A stretch of DNA of 64,000 bases from an uncultured bacterium (GCA_965233185.1 CBDDSA010000092.1:1270-65269), one strand, 5' to 3'. Counted from the stretch's first letter, positions 25,095 through 34,028 are shown. Program-made: numbers and translations. Notes: generated by a model not told the origin, from the letters alone.

Positions 25095-25540
25095 CGGCGC
25101 TTCGCTTCCGGCGGCGTATCGACCGCGACGCCGAGCTCGTACACCAGCTTGCCGCCGAGCCAGCCGGAAATGACGAGCAGGCCTATGCCAAGGGCCGACA
25201 GCCAGATGAGGCCGCCCGGGCCTTCGGCGGCATCCATGCGCAGCCAGAAGTTGACGACGTAGAGCGCCACTACCGTCAGGTTGATCGCCATGTGCACGAG
25301 CGCCGTCCTTTTCGGTCCCGGCGGCAGGGATAGCAGGTCGATCAGCCCGGGCACGGCGGCCAGTAGTGCGCCGACTATGCCGCCCCCCATGGTATAGAGC
25401 GCCACCGTGGTCCACGCCGGGTTGGTGCTGCCGCCGGCATGGATCAGATCGCAGACCAGCGAGAAGATCCACAAACCGATCGGGATGGGGACGAGCATGG
25501 GATGCATCGGATGCCCGGCGATGCTGGCTGGCGTGCGCAT
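25091..25540 (-). CDS. DUF2231-family membrane protein
   Basis: 149-aa ORF with HPMLVPIPIGLW and four TM helices. ATGA overlap with bdhA. Confidence 0.7.
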   Translation of the reverse strand: MRTPASIAGHPMHPMLVPIPIGLWIFSLVCDLIHAGGSTNPAWTTVALYTMGGGIVGALLAAVPGLIDLLSLPPGPKRTALVHMAINLTVVALYVVNFWLRMDAAEGPGGLIWLSALGIGLLVISGWLGGKLVYELGVAVDTPPEAKRR

Positions 25541-25681
25541 TCATGCCTCCTTCGGGGTGATTGGCCGGCGGGATATTGCGCTGCTCATGTGACGCACGCT
25601 AGCGCGTCGCACAGCTATTCGATGAGACCCGCCCTCCGCGCGTTCCGGGAACGCCCGAAGCGCCGCGGTCATCCACTTCGT

Positions 25682-26971
25682 ATGGACCTCGCGGACCCGC
25701 CGAGTCAGGAAATGCAGCTACGCGACCAGGTCCGCCAGCTCATGCTGCGCAATGTCAAGAACGGCTATTCCAGCCTGCTGGGCCAGGACTACTGCTATGT
25801 CGCGCCGGCGCTGAAGCCCTACCCGTTCCAGTGGTTCTGGGACACCTGCTTTCACGTCGTGATCCTGGCGCGGCTGGGCGAACATGACCTCGCCAAGCGC
25901 AATCTGCGCAGCCTCTTTGCCATGCAAGCCGACAACGGCTTCGTCGGGCACATGATTTTCTGGAACCAGGTGCTGCCGAAGCGCCGCACCGACATCATGC
26001 AGGCGCGCCCAAGCTGGCAGTCGCTGCGCCCTCACATGAGCGCGCTGATACAGCCACCTTTCGCCGCTCAGGCGCTGCATGCCTTGTACGAAGCGTGCGG
26101 CGATCGGGTCTATCTCGGCGAAATGTACGCCCGAGTCCGGCGCCACCATGAATGGCTGGCGAAGAACCGCGACTTCGACGGCGACGGGCTCATGACGATC
26201 ATCAGCCCCTTCGAGTCCGGCATGGACTGGAAGGCGTCCTATGACCCGGCGCTTGGCTACGCAAGGCGCACAACGCCGCGGCGCTTGTTGTATGGCTCGA
26301 AGCTTTACTGGAAGGCGGGGGGCGTCGACCTCGGCAATTTCCTGCTGGGCTACGACCTGCAGCGCATCAAGGCGCGCGGCAGGTTCCGGGTGAAGGACGC
26401 GGGCTTCAACGCAATTTACGCCGTCGACCTGCATTGCATGGAGAAGCTCGCAGTACTCGCCGGCGATGACCCCGAGATATTCGCCGAAAGGCGCCGCCGG
26501 CTCGTAAAAAGCATGGTGGAGCTGATGTACGACGCCGGGTCCGCGGCGTTCTACGACGTGCAGGAGCCGGGCTCAAAGCAAATCCGCGTGCTGACGCCGA
26601 CCATCTTCTATCCGCTCGCCATCGAAGAGCTGGACCGCGACCTCGCGAAGCGGGTAGTCGATGCACATTTCGATAGCAAAAGCGAATTTGCGGCGCTGCT
26701 GCCCATGCCTTCGGTCGCGATGCGCGAGCCGGCGTTCTTCCCCGGCGAAACGCCGTTCATCTGGCGCGGACCGACATGGGCGCCCGCCAACTGGTTCCTT
26801 TACCACGCCCTGAAGAAGCGGGGCTTCGACGGGAACGCCGAGCGGCTGCGCGGCTCGTTAAGCGCCCTGGTCGAAAAGAGCGGCTTCCGCGAATACTACG
26901 ACCCGTCCAGCGGCGAGGGGCACGGCGCGCGCGAGTTCACTTGGTCGGGTCTCCTCGTGGACATGCGCTGA
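25682..26971 (+). CDS. (alpha/alpha)6-barrel glycoside hydrolase, MGH1/GH63-like
   Basis: Frame of ORF 25439..26971. The start is ambiguous between 25622 and 25682. Contains QWFWDTCFH and a C-terminal EYYDP.SGEG...FTWSG. Confidence 0.6.
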   Translation: MDLADPPSQEMQLRDQVRQLMLRNVKNGYSSLLGQDYCYVAPALKPYPFQWFWDTCFHVVILARLGEHDLAKRNLRSLFAMQADNGFVGHMIFWNQVLPKRRTDIMQARPSWQSLRPHMSALIQPPFAAQALHALYEACGDRVYLGEMYARVRRHHEWLAKNRDFDGDGLMTIISPFESGMDWKASYDPALGYARRTTPRRLLYGSKLYWKAGGVDLGNFLLGYDLQRIKARGRFRVKDAGFNAIYAVDLHCMEKLAVLAGDDPEIFAERRRRLVKSMVELMYDAGSAAFYDVQEPGSKQIRVLTPTIFYPLAIEELDRDLAKRVVDAHFDSKSEFAALLPMPSVAMREPAFFPGETPFIWRGPTWAPANWFLYHALKKRGFDGNAERLRGSLSALVEKSGFREYYDPSSGEGHGAREFTWSGLLVDMR

Positions 26972-27034
26972 AGCCAGCTCAGGCGGCTTGCTGGATGCGC
27001 ACGCCCATGGCCGCGTTTCAAGGCGCAAACCGCC

Positions 27035-27064
27035 GGAACGGGAACGGCAAAGCGCGCATCCAAT
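27035..27064 (+). promoter_or_regulatory. putative autoregulatory ECF promoter GGAAC-N17-CATCCAAT
   Basis: cGGAACgggaacggcaaagcgcgCATCCAATgg. The -10 element overlaps ATG 27063, so the predicted transcription start falls near ATG 27069 (possibly leaderless). Confidence 0.55.
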
Positions 27065-27752
27065 GGCCATGAAAACCGCCATTCGCGAGGAAGCCGCCGA
27101 GCGGCTGACCGACACGGAGCTCATCCACCGGACCCAGGCGGGCGACATGCGGGCCCTGGAGGCCCTGATGCGCCGCCATAACCGCACGCTTTACCGGACG
27201 GCGCGAGCCATCCTGCGGGACGACGCCGAGGCCGAGGATGTCGTCCAGGAAGCCTATCTCAAGGCCTACAAGGCGCTCGGATCGTTCCGCGCCGAGTCCA
27301 AGCTGTCCACCTGGCTGGTGCGCATCGCCGCCAACAAGGCGCTCATGCGCCGCCGCAAGAACGCCCGCACCGCGGCCGTGGTGCCGATGGATGCGGCTGC
27401 CGCGGGCGCGCAATGGGAAGAACCTATGTCCGACGAAGCCGGTCCCGAACGCAATGCCCTCGGCGGCGAAATGCGCGAGCTGCTGGAAAAGCGCATCGAT
27501 GCCCTGCCCGATGGCTACCGCGCGGTGTTCGTGCTGCGCGCGCTGGAAGAGCTCACCGTGGAGGAAACGGCCGCGGCGCTGGACATTCCGGAGGCGACGG
27601 TGCGCACGCGCTACTTTCGCGCGCGCGGCCTGCTGCGCGAATCGCTGGCACGCGACATCGACCGCAGCCTCGAGGATGCCTTCGCCTTCGCCGGCGCGCG
27701 CTGCGATCGCATCGTCACCAACGTGCTCGAGAGGATCAAGGCGGGAACGTAA
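27063..27752 (+). CDS. ECF-type sigma-70 factor with a roughly 55-aa C-terminal extension
   Basis: The sigma2 and sigma4 regions are paralogous to 20855..21343. The extra tail is ESLARDIDRSLEDAFAFAGARCDRIVTNVLERIKAGT. The start may be ATG 27069. Confidence 0.85.
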   Translation: MAMKTAIREEAAERLTDTELIHRTQAGDMRALEALMRRHNRTLYRTARAILRDDAEAEDVVQEAYLKAYKALGSFRAESKLSTWLVRIAANKALMRRRKNARTAAVVPMDAAAAGAQWEEPMSDEAGPERNALGGEMRELLEKRIDALPDGYRAVFVLRALEELTVEETAAALDIPEATVRTRYFRARGLLRESLARDIDRSLEDAFAFAGARCDRIVTNVLERIKAGT

Positions 27753-27774
27753 GCGGGTCGCTCGTGCATCCAAT
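27744..27774 (+). promoter_or_regulatory. putative ECF promoter GGAAC-N18-CATCCAAT for the ferritin-like/cytochrome c operon
   Basis: gGGAACgtaagcgggtcgctcgtgCATCCAATgt. The -35 element overlaps the sigma stop codon. AAGGAA Shine-Dalgarno at 27795-27800. Confidence 0.55.
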
Positions 27775-27805
27775 GTGTGCGTCAACAACCACACAAGGAA
27801 ATGAC

Positions 27806-28375
27806 ATGAGCTTCTTCGCGTTCTCTTCCCCGCTCGTCGCACGGCGCGCGTTCCTCGGCAAATCCGGCCTTGTGCTTTCCGGCACCGCCATCGCGCTGCT
27901 CGCCGGGCGCGACGTCCTGGCGGCAAAGGCAGGCGGGTCCACCGCGGCCGACGCCAACATCCTGAACACCGCGCTCGCCGCCGAGCTCGAGGCGGTGGCG
28001 GCCTACCAGGTGGGCGCCGAAAGCGGCCTGCTGGAAAAACCGGTGCTCGCGCTCGCCGGCCAGTTCCAGGGCCACCACAAGGAGCACGCCGACGTGCTGG
28101 CGAAGACCATCCGCCAGCTCGGCGGCAAGCCGGTCGACGCGAAGAAGAAGTACGACTTCCCGACCAGCGCACTGAAGGACCAGGCCGATGTGCTGCGCTT
28201 CGCCGCGAGCCTGGAGAAAGGCGCCGTCAGCGCCTATCTGGGCGCGGTGCCGCTGTTCCGCAGCCGCGAGCTGTCCAAGGCGGCCGCCAGCATCCTGGGC
28301 GACGAGGCCATGCACTGGGCGGTGCTGCGCAACGCGCTGGGCGAAAATCCGGTTCCTTCGGCGTTCGTCTCGTAA
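27806..28375 (+). CDS. Tat-exported ferritin-like domain protein
   Basis: Frame of ORF 27413..28375. Twin-arginine signal ARRAFLGKSG. Ferritin-like helices (LNTALAAELEAVAAYQ, HHKEHADVL, LEKGAVSAYLG, GDEAMHWAVL). Confidence 0.7.
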   Translation: MSFFAFSSPLVARRAFLGKSGLVLSGTAIALLAGRDVLAAKAGGSTAADANILNTALAAELEAVAAYQVGAESGLLEKPVLALAGQFQGHHKEHADVLAKTIRQLGGKPVDAKKKYDFPTSALKDQADVLRFAASLEKGAVSAYLGAVPLFRSRELSKAAASILGDEAMHWAVLRNALGENPVPSAFVS

Positions 28376-28716
28376 TGCTCGAAGGTGCAGTCCTGGTCGC
28401 TGCACTGGCGCTTGGCGATGCCAAGGCGGGCGAGGACGTGTACTCGCGCTGCCTTGGCTGCCATTCCCTGGAGTACAACCGCACCGGCCCGAAGCATTGC
28501 GGCGTCCTCGGGCGGCGCGCCGGCAGCGTGCCCGGCTACGAGTACTCGCCCGCGATGAAGCGCTCGGGCATCGTGTGGAGCGAAAAGGCGCTGGAGCGCT
28601 TCCTCGCCGACCCGGGCAAGACCGTGCCCGGCACCACCATGACCTACGCAGGCGTTTCCGATCCGGCGGACCGGTCGCACCTCATTGCATACCTGAAAAA
28701 ACAACGCTGCGAATGA
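28375..28716 (+). CDS. class I c-type cytochrome
   Basis: 113-aa ORF with a signal-like N-terminus, CLGCH haem motif and a distal Met region (GTTMTYAG). Confidence 0.8.
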   Translation: MLEGAVLVAALALGDAKAGEDVYSRCLGCHSLEYNRTGPKHCGVLGRRAGSVPGYEYSPAMKRSGIVWSEKALERFLADPGKTVPGTTMTYAGVSDPADRSHLIAYLKKQRCE

Positions 28717-28719
28717 GAA

Positions 28720-28740
28720 AAATGGGGTCCGTCCCCATTT
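28720..28740. terminator. bidirectional hairpin between convergent genes
   Basis: AAATGGGG-tccgt-CCCCATTT, with A/T tracts on both sides, between the stops at 28716 (+) and 28748 (-). Confidence 0.6.
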
Positions 28741-28747
28741 AGGAGGG

Positions 28748-29608
28748 TCAGGCGGGCAGCGTGACGCAGGCGTCCTCGTACTTGCCCTCGCCCATCGTGC
28801 CGGGCTCGAAGATCTCGCGCTCGCGGATCCACTTGAAGGAGTCCTCGAACACTTCCTTGGTGTAGGGCTCGAACACGATGCGCTCGCCCGGCCCCCAGCG
28901 GCGCGTATCGATCTGCGTCAGGAAGCGCTGCGGGAACTCGTTGCGGTAGTGCCTGGTGTAGAGCTCGGGCCGCAGGTCGATGTCGCGCTGCGCGAGGCGC
29001 AGGGCGGCGAAGTATTTCTTCAGGTCCGAGGGCGAAGGTTCGCCGGTGATCATGGTGGCCATCATGAAAGTGGTGTCGATGACCTTGCGGAAGCCGAGCT
29101 GCTCGAGGAAGTAGTACGGCCCGGAGAACAGCGACGCGGCCGGGACCTCCCGGTCGATGAGCTTCTCCAGGCGCGAGAACAGGATGCCGTCGGCGAACGA
29201 CAGCTTGATTTCGTTCAACGGCAGGTACTGCTCGAGCGCCTGGATGGTCGAATAGTGGCTGCCCGACTGGTAGCCCACCGAGATGGGCACGCCGCGCAAG
29301 TCCTCCGGCGTGCGGATGGGCGATTCGGGCGGCACGAACACTCCGGCGGGCGACACCGAGTAGCAATCGGCGTAGAGCTTGCCGTGTCCCGCAGAGGCGG
29401 CCACGTTGACCGTCCAGTGGCAGGCGCAACTCACGTTGGTGTCGCGCCCTTTCTCGATGTTCTGGTAGGCGCCTACCTTGTCGGGCGTCCTGTGGTTCTC
29501 GAACACGCCGCGGAACTCGTAGTCCAGCCCCTGCGCCTTGAAGTAGCCCTTTTCCTCGGCGACCCACTCGTGCAGGCGGAAATGCGGGGTGATGGCGAAC
29601 TTAGGCAT
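28748..29608 (-). CDS. cytoplasmic NMT1/THI5-like (periplasmic-binding-protein fold) protein
   Basis: 286-aa ORF with no signal peptide. Paralogous to 50764..51642 (shared CAC.W and PISVG..GSH motifs). Overlaps the upstream oxygenase gene by 8 nt. Confidence 0.6.
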   Translation of the reverse strand: MPKFAITPHFRLHEWVAEEKGYFKAQGLDYEFRGVFENHRTPDKVGAYQNIEKGRDTNVSCACHWTVNVAASAGHGKLYADCYSVSPAGVFVPPESPIRTPEDLRGVPISVGYQSGSHYSTIQALEQYLPLNEIKLSFADGILFSRLEKLIDREVPAASLFSGPYYFLEQLGFRKVIDTTFMMATMITGEPSPSDLKKYFAALRLAQRDIDLRPELYTRHYRNEFPQRFLTQIDTRRWGPGERIVFEPYTKEVFEDSFKWIREREIFEPGTMGEGKYEDACVTLPA

Positions 29609-30659
29609 GGGCAGTCTCCTGGATGAGGGGTTGGGCTTTTTCTGCAGCGATCATCTTGCCGAGCGTGCGGCGGAAATGCGCGAGCGGCGCGTCGGACACG
29701 ATGCCGTGCATCTTGAAATCGGGGTCGGCGTCGAGCATCTCCTGCTGGCCCTCGATGATGAACTTGTCTTCCAGGAACCCCTCGACCATGCTGTCGTAGA
29801 GCGACAGCGCGACCGTGGGATCGTCCAGGTCGTAGTCATGCAGGTAGTTCCAGAAGAAGTGCGTGGAGCCGCGAGTCTCGGGCGTGAAGAACTGGCAGTT
29901 GCGGTATTCCTTGGCGCCTTCGCGGATTCCCGCGGGGGTGAAAAGCGACTCGAGGAAGAATATGCCCGGGATGTGCATGCGGCCGATGTTGCGCCGGTCG
30001 ACTTTCGGCAGGTCCTTCACCACCTTCTTGTGGAACGGCGGGCAGTCGGCATTCATGTGCCAGCGCTCCACGCGGAAGCCGTCCTCCAGGCGCTCCACCG
30101 CCACCGGCTTGGTCTTGTAGGCGTAATCTTCGGAGCCGCCGAGGGTCTTGGTATGCACGAAGGCAAGGTGCGCGAAGTCGCTCAGGTTGTCGACGATGAG
30201 CAGGTAGTTCGCCTGGTAGTGCATGTAGCCCTGCTTGCCGCGCCAGGCGGGATTGGCGAGATACGGGATGTCGATGATCTTCGCGGGATCGGCCCTGGCC
30301 GGGTCGCCCATCCAGATCCAGACGAGCGTCTGGCGCTCGACGACCGGGTAGCTTCTCACCCCCAGTCCCTTCGGGATGTTGTCCTGCCCGGGGATCTGGA
30401 TGCACTTGCCCCCCGGCTCGAACTTCAGGCCGTGGTACATGCAACGGATGTCGTCGCCTTCCCGGCGGCCGTTCGAAAGCTTGGCGCCGCGATGACAGCA
30501 GCGGTTGTCGAGCGCCACCACGCGGCCGCTGTCGCCCCGGTACAGCAGCACCGGCTTCTCCATGATGGTGCGCGCGAGGAGCTTGCCGCCGGCGAGCTCG
30601 GCATCCCACGCTGCCGCGTACCAGCAGTTCATCAGAAAGCCGTCGGTTTCGGGGCCCAC
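29601..30659 (-). CDS. Rieske oxygenase alpha subunit, VanA/phthalate-family-like
   Basis: 352-aa ORF with Rieske motif CCHRGAKLSNG...CMYHG and a catalytic domain containing DNLSDFAHLAFVH. Confidence 0.85.
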   Translation of the reverse strand: MGPETDGFLMNCWYAAAWDAELAGGKLLARTIMEKPVLLYRGDSGRVVALDNRCCHRGAKLSNGRREGDDIRCMYHGLKFEPGGKCIQIPGQDNIPKGLGVRSYPVVERQTLVWIWMGDPARADPAKIIDIPYLANPAWRGKQGYMHYQANYLLIVDNLSDFAHLAFVHTKTLGGSEDYAYKTKPVAVERLEDGFRVERWHMNADCPPFHKKVVKDLPKVDRRNIGRMHIPGIFFLESLFTPAGIREGAKEYRNCQFFTPETRGSTHFFWNYLHDYDLDDPTVALSLYDSMVEGFLEDKFIIEGQQEMLDADPDFKMHGIVSDAPLAHFRRTLGKMIAAEKAQPLIQETAHA

Positions 30660-30720
30660 AGCGGTTCTCCTATTTCAGGCTCCGAGTGTACGACCCTGAT
30701 CGCGCGAGATAAATTGCGCC

Positions 30721-30741
30721 TTCTGGATACATTGTCCAGAA
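30721..30741. promoter_or_regulatory. 21-bp palindrome, candidate LTTR operator
   Basis: TTCTGGA-tacattg-TCCAGAA, located 10 nt upstream of lysR ATG 30751 in the 91-bp divergent region shared with the oxygenase operon. Confidence 0.5.
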
Positions 30742-30750
30742 TACCGAACA

Positions 30751-31644
30751 ATGGACTGGAACGACGTCGACGCCTTCTGCTGCGTGATCGAGCACGGCGG
30801 CTTCACCGCAGCAGCTAAAGCGCTGGCGCGCCCCAAATCCAGCATCAGCGCCTCGGTCTCGCGGCTCGAGGCGCAGCTCGGCGCGCAGTTGCTGCAGCGC
30901 ACGACGCGCCGCATCCGCGCCACCGAGGCCGGCGAGTCGCTCTACCAGGATGCCGCGCCGATGTTCCTGCGCCTGCGCGAGGTGCGCTCGAATGCCGCCG
31001 CCCGCGGCAACGCGGTCGCCGGCACCCTGCGCATCGCGGCGCCGTATGAATTCGGCGCCCATCACCTGGGAGCCGTCGCCTGCGCCATGCTCGCGCGCTA
31101 CCCGGACCTGCGCATCGACATCGACGTCGAGCACGGCCGGATCGATCCGCTGGACCGCAGCTACGACATCGTGTTTTCGTATTACGACGCCGACCGCCCC
31201 GACAGCGGGAGCGTGGCGCGCCACGTCTTCGCGCTGAAGCGCGGCATATTTGCTTCGCCGGCGTTGCTGCAGCGCTATCCGAGGATCAAGGCCCCGGCCG
31301 ACCTCGGCGAAGTGCCCGCTATCGCCTCGCCGGTCGACGCCGAGTGGTCGTTTACGGACGCAAGCGGCGACGACGTGTCCGTCCCCATCCGTGCTCGCAT
31401 GCGCAGCCCGAACGCCGATGTGCGCCGGCGCGCGACCCTCGATGGACTGGGCGTCTCGCGCATCGTCCTCACGTTCTGCGAAGAGCACGTGCGCGCCGGG
31501 CGCCTCCAGCCCCTGCTCGCCGACTACACCTGCGCGCCGCTGCGCATCTACGCGCTGCTCCCCGGCCGCCGCCTCGTGCCGCCCAAGGTGCGATTGTTCC
31601 TTAACGCCTTGAGCACGAAATCGGGGTCAGAGCCCGAACTCTGA
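30751..31644 (+). CDS. LysR-family transcriptional regulator
   Basis: 297-aa ORF with HTH FCCVIEHGGFTAAAKALARPKSSISASVSRLE. The last 8 codons and the stop lie inside a REP-like arm. Confidence 0.85.
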   Translation: MDWNDVDAFCCVIEHGGFTAAAKALARPKSSISASVSRLEAQLGAQLLQRTTRRIRATEAGESLYQDAAPMFLRLREVRSNAAARGNAVAGTLRIAAPYEFGAHHLGAVACAMLARYPDLRIDIDVEHGRIDPLDRSYDIVFSYYDADRPDSGSVARHVFALKRGIFASPALLQRYPRIKAPADLGEVPAIASPVDAEWSFTDASGDDVSVPIRARMRSPNADVRRRATLDGLGVSRIVLTFCEEHVRAGRLQPLLADYTCAPLRIYALLPGRRLVPPKVRLFLNALSTKSGSEPEL

Positions 31645-31647
31645 CCT
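31621..31647. repeat. REP-like element, degenerate copy (one full arm plus a truncated second arm)
   Basis: tCGGGGTCAGAGCCCGaaCTCTGACC. The core is identical to the copies at 34932, 44097 and 51647. Confidence 0.7.
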
Positions 31648-31750
31648 CGGGCGTGCCGCGATCCGCGCGGCGGCGCCCTTGGCGGATCGCAAAAACCACC
31701 CCGCGTTTCACCGGAAGCCCCGAACTCGCCGGTTAAGATAGTCCCCCTCC

Positions 31751-33064
31751 ATGGAAAGAGCCCCGCCCGCAGCGCACGTCGAGGCGCTGCTGCCCGTCAC
31801 GCTGCAGCCCGGCAACATTCTCTATGCGCCCGGTGTGCGCGCGGGCAGGTGGGTGTTCGCCACCGGCCACAAAGGCACCGCGGATTTCGGCGGCAGCATG
31901 GCGCCCGAGGTGCTCGAAGCGTCGGCGCCGCGCCACGGCGCCCCGAAACACAAGAAGGAAGCGCAGCGCATCTTCGCCAACTTCGCGAAGGTGCTCGAAG
32001 CCGGCGGCACTGACCGCAGCCGAGTGGTGCGCGTCGATCAGTACTACACCGGCGCGCGCGTCGTCGATCCTTACCATGAAGTACGGCGCGAGTTCTTCGG
32101 TGGCCACGTCCCGCCCAGCACATCTAATTTGCACCAGAAGTTTCTCCTTGCCGGCCAGGACATGGAAGTGCAGCTCGTCGCCGCGGTTCCCGCCAAAGGC
32201 TTCGAGCCGGTGCAGCACCGCCCGGCCAACCTGCCGGTGCACGCCACCTCCGGATACAGCCCGGTGCTGACATGCGGCGACTATGTCTTTGTCGCCGGCC
32301 AGACTTCGGAAGCGCTGAAAACGGAAGAAGGCCCGCTCGACCCGCAGGCGCGCATGCCGGTGGGGCACTTGTGGAAGGGCACGCCCATCAAGCTGGAGAC
32401 CGAGTTCGTCATCCAGCGCAAGCTGAAGCCCGCCCTGGAGAGCGTCGGCAACACGCTCGACGAAGTCGTGAAGGCGCAGGTATACCTGCGCGACATCGAG
32501 GACATCCCGGCATTCAACGAGGCGTGGGCCAAGCACTTCCCGCAAGCGCCGCCCGCCACCACGATCATCACCACGTCGACGCCCGGCTTCATCTGCGAAG
32601 CCGGGCGCATCGAGATCAACACGATCAGCGTGCGCCGCGGCGGCGCGACGGCCAAGCAAGTCGTGGATGCCGGCGTTCCCATGCCCTACGCCGGCCAGGT
32701 CCAGGCCATCCGCGCCGGCGACCTGCTCTTCATCTCGGGGCTGATGGCGGTGGACGGGCGCGGCGCGCTCGCCGCCGAGGCGCGCATTGATGCGCAGCGC
32801 CCTTACTTCGGCGATGCCGCGCAGCTGCAGACCGATTACATGCTGGGACAAGCCGAGCGCATCTGCCGCAAAGCCGGCACCTCGCTCGCCAACGTGGTGC
32901 GCTTGCAGCAGTTCCATACCAGCCTTGCCGGGTTCAACGGCGCCTGGCAGGCCTGGCAGCGGCGCCTGCCGGGACAGCACCTGCCGTTTTCGGCGATCGA
33001 AGTGCCGGGGCTCGGCGTGCCGGAGGCGGTTGTCATGCTCGACCTGTGGATCTATATCCCGTGA
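31751..33064 (+). CDS. tandem-domain RidA/YjgF/L-PSP family protein
   Basis: 437-aa ORF with repeated RidA-like modules (for example VVRVDQYY, VVKAQVYLRDI, VVRLQQFH). Confidence 0.65.
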   Translation: MERAPPAAHVEALLPVTLQPGNILYAPGVRAGRWVFATGHKGTADFGGSMAPEVLEASAPRHGAPKHKKEAQRIFANFAKVLEAGGTDRSRVVRVDQYYTGARVVDPYHEVRREFFGGHVPPSTSNLHQKFLLAGQDMEVQLVAAVPAKGFEPVQHRPANLPVHATSGYSPVLTCGDYVFVAGQTSEALKTEEGPLDPQARMPVGHLWKGTPIKLETEFVIQRKLKPALESVGNTLDEVVKAQVYLRDIEDIPAFNEAWAKHFPQAPPATTIITTSTPGFICEAGRIEINTISVRRGGATAKQVVDAGVPMPYAGQVQAIRAGDLLFISGLMAVDGRGALAAEARIDAQRPYFGDAAQLQTDYMLGQAERICRKAGTSLANVVRLQQFHTSLAGFNGAWQAWQRRLPGQHLPFSAIEVPGLGVPEAVVMLDLWIYIP

Positions 33065-33074
33065 GGAAAGAATC

Positions 33075-34028
33075 ATGAAAGAGCTGCTTTGTCTCCTGCT
33101 GGCGTCGCTTCTGCCGCTCGCGGCGCAGTCGCAGGAGTTTCCGCCGCAGCAGGTGCGCATCGTCGTGCCCTTCACCGCCGGCGGCGGCACGGACGTGATC
33201 ACGCGCCTCGTGGCGCAGCACCTTTCCGACATGTGGAAGGTCGCCGTGATCATCGACAACCGCGTCGGCGCCGGTGGCGTCATCGGCTCCAAGTGGGTGG
33301 CGGAGCAGGCGCCCGACGGCCGCACCTTCCTCGCCGTGGCGAGCGCCTTCGGCGTGCGCCTTGCAATCGACCGCAGCGTGCCATACGACGTGGCGAAGGA
33401 CTTTTCCGGCGTCGGCCAGATGGCGCGCTCGCCCAGCTTCCTAGTGGTCTCGCCCTCGCACGGCTTCAAGTCCCTGCAGGATCTGGTGGCGTACGCGAAG
33501 AAGCAGCCCCAGGGCATCCACTACGCCTCGGCCGGCGTGGGAAGCACGGCCCACATGCATGCGGCCGCGGTCGCCCACCTCGCCGGCCTCAAGGCCGAGC
33601 ACGTGCCACACCGAGGCACGCCGGAAGCGGTGAACGACGCGATGGTGGCGCGCGTGCTGTACGCCTTCGCGCCCGGCCCCAATGCCATCCCGCTCACCAA
33701 AGCGGGGAAGCTACAGATCCTCGCCACCACGTCCGAGACGGGCTCGGCGTTCATGCCCGGCGTGCCGAGCCTGGAGCAGGCCGGCGTGCCCTACGAGGGC
33801 GACGACTGGTTCGGCGTGTTCGCGCCCGCCGTCACCCCGATGGCGATCCGCGAGCGGTTCGCCCAGGACATGGCGCGCGTGCTGGAAATGCCCGCGGTGC
33901 GCGAGCGGCTCGGCACGCTCGGCGCCACGCCGGCCTTCATGGGGCCGCAGCAGTGGGAAAAGTTCTCGCGCGACTACGTGGCACGCATGCGCAAGCTCGG
34001 CGACGACATCGGCATCAAGCCGCAATGA
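33075..34028 (+). CDS. Bug-family (TctC-like) tripartite tricarboxylate transporter substrate-binding protein
   Basis: GAGGAAAG Shine-Dalgarno and a signal peptide. Contains IVVPFTAGGGTDVITR, NRVGAGG and GVGSTAHM. Confidence 0.85.
   Translation: MKELLCLLLASLLPLAAQSQEFPPQQVRIVVPFTAGGGTDVITRLVAQHLSDMWKVAVIIDNRVGAGGVIGSKWVAEQAPDGRTFLAVASAFGVRLAIDRSVPYDVAKDFSGVGQMARSPSFLVVSPSHGFKSLQDLVAYAKKQPQGIHYASAGVGSTAHMHAAAVAHLAGLKAEHVPHRGTPEAVNDAMVARVLYAFAPGPNAIPLTKAGKLQILATTSETGSAFMPGVPSLEQAGVPYEGDDWFGVFAPAVTPMAIRERFAQDMARVLEMPAVRERLGTLGATPAFMGPQQWEKFSRDYVARMRKLGDDIGIKPQ

Noticed and set aside
26995-27020. A minus-strand GAAAC-N17-CATCCA match just upstream of the sigma promoter, as a fourth ECF promoter.
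   Set aside because: The -35 element is mismatched (GAAAC). The extended -10 (CATCCAAT) is absent. It would also drive transcription antisense into the 3' end of the glycoside hydrolase gene.
28720-28740. The hairpin AAATGGGGtccgtCCCCATTT as a fifth member of the REP-like family.
   Set aside because: Its stem sequence and loop differ from the CGGGGTCAGAGCCCG core. It behaves as an ordinary bidirectional terminator between convergent genes.
31658-31690. The 9-bp stem hairpin GCGATCCGC...GCGGATCGC after the LysR gene as an intrinsic terminator.
   Set aside because: It has a 15-nt loop and no U-tract on either strand, so the evidence is too weak to call it.
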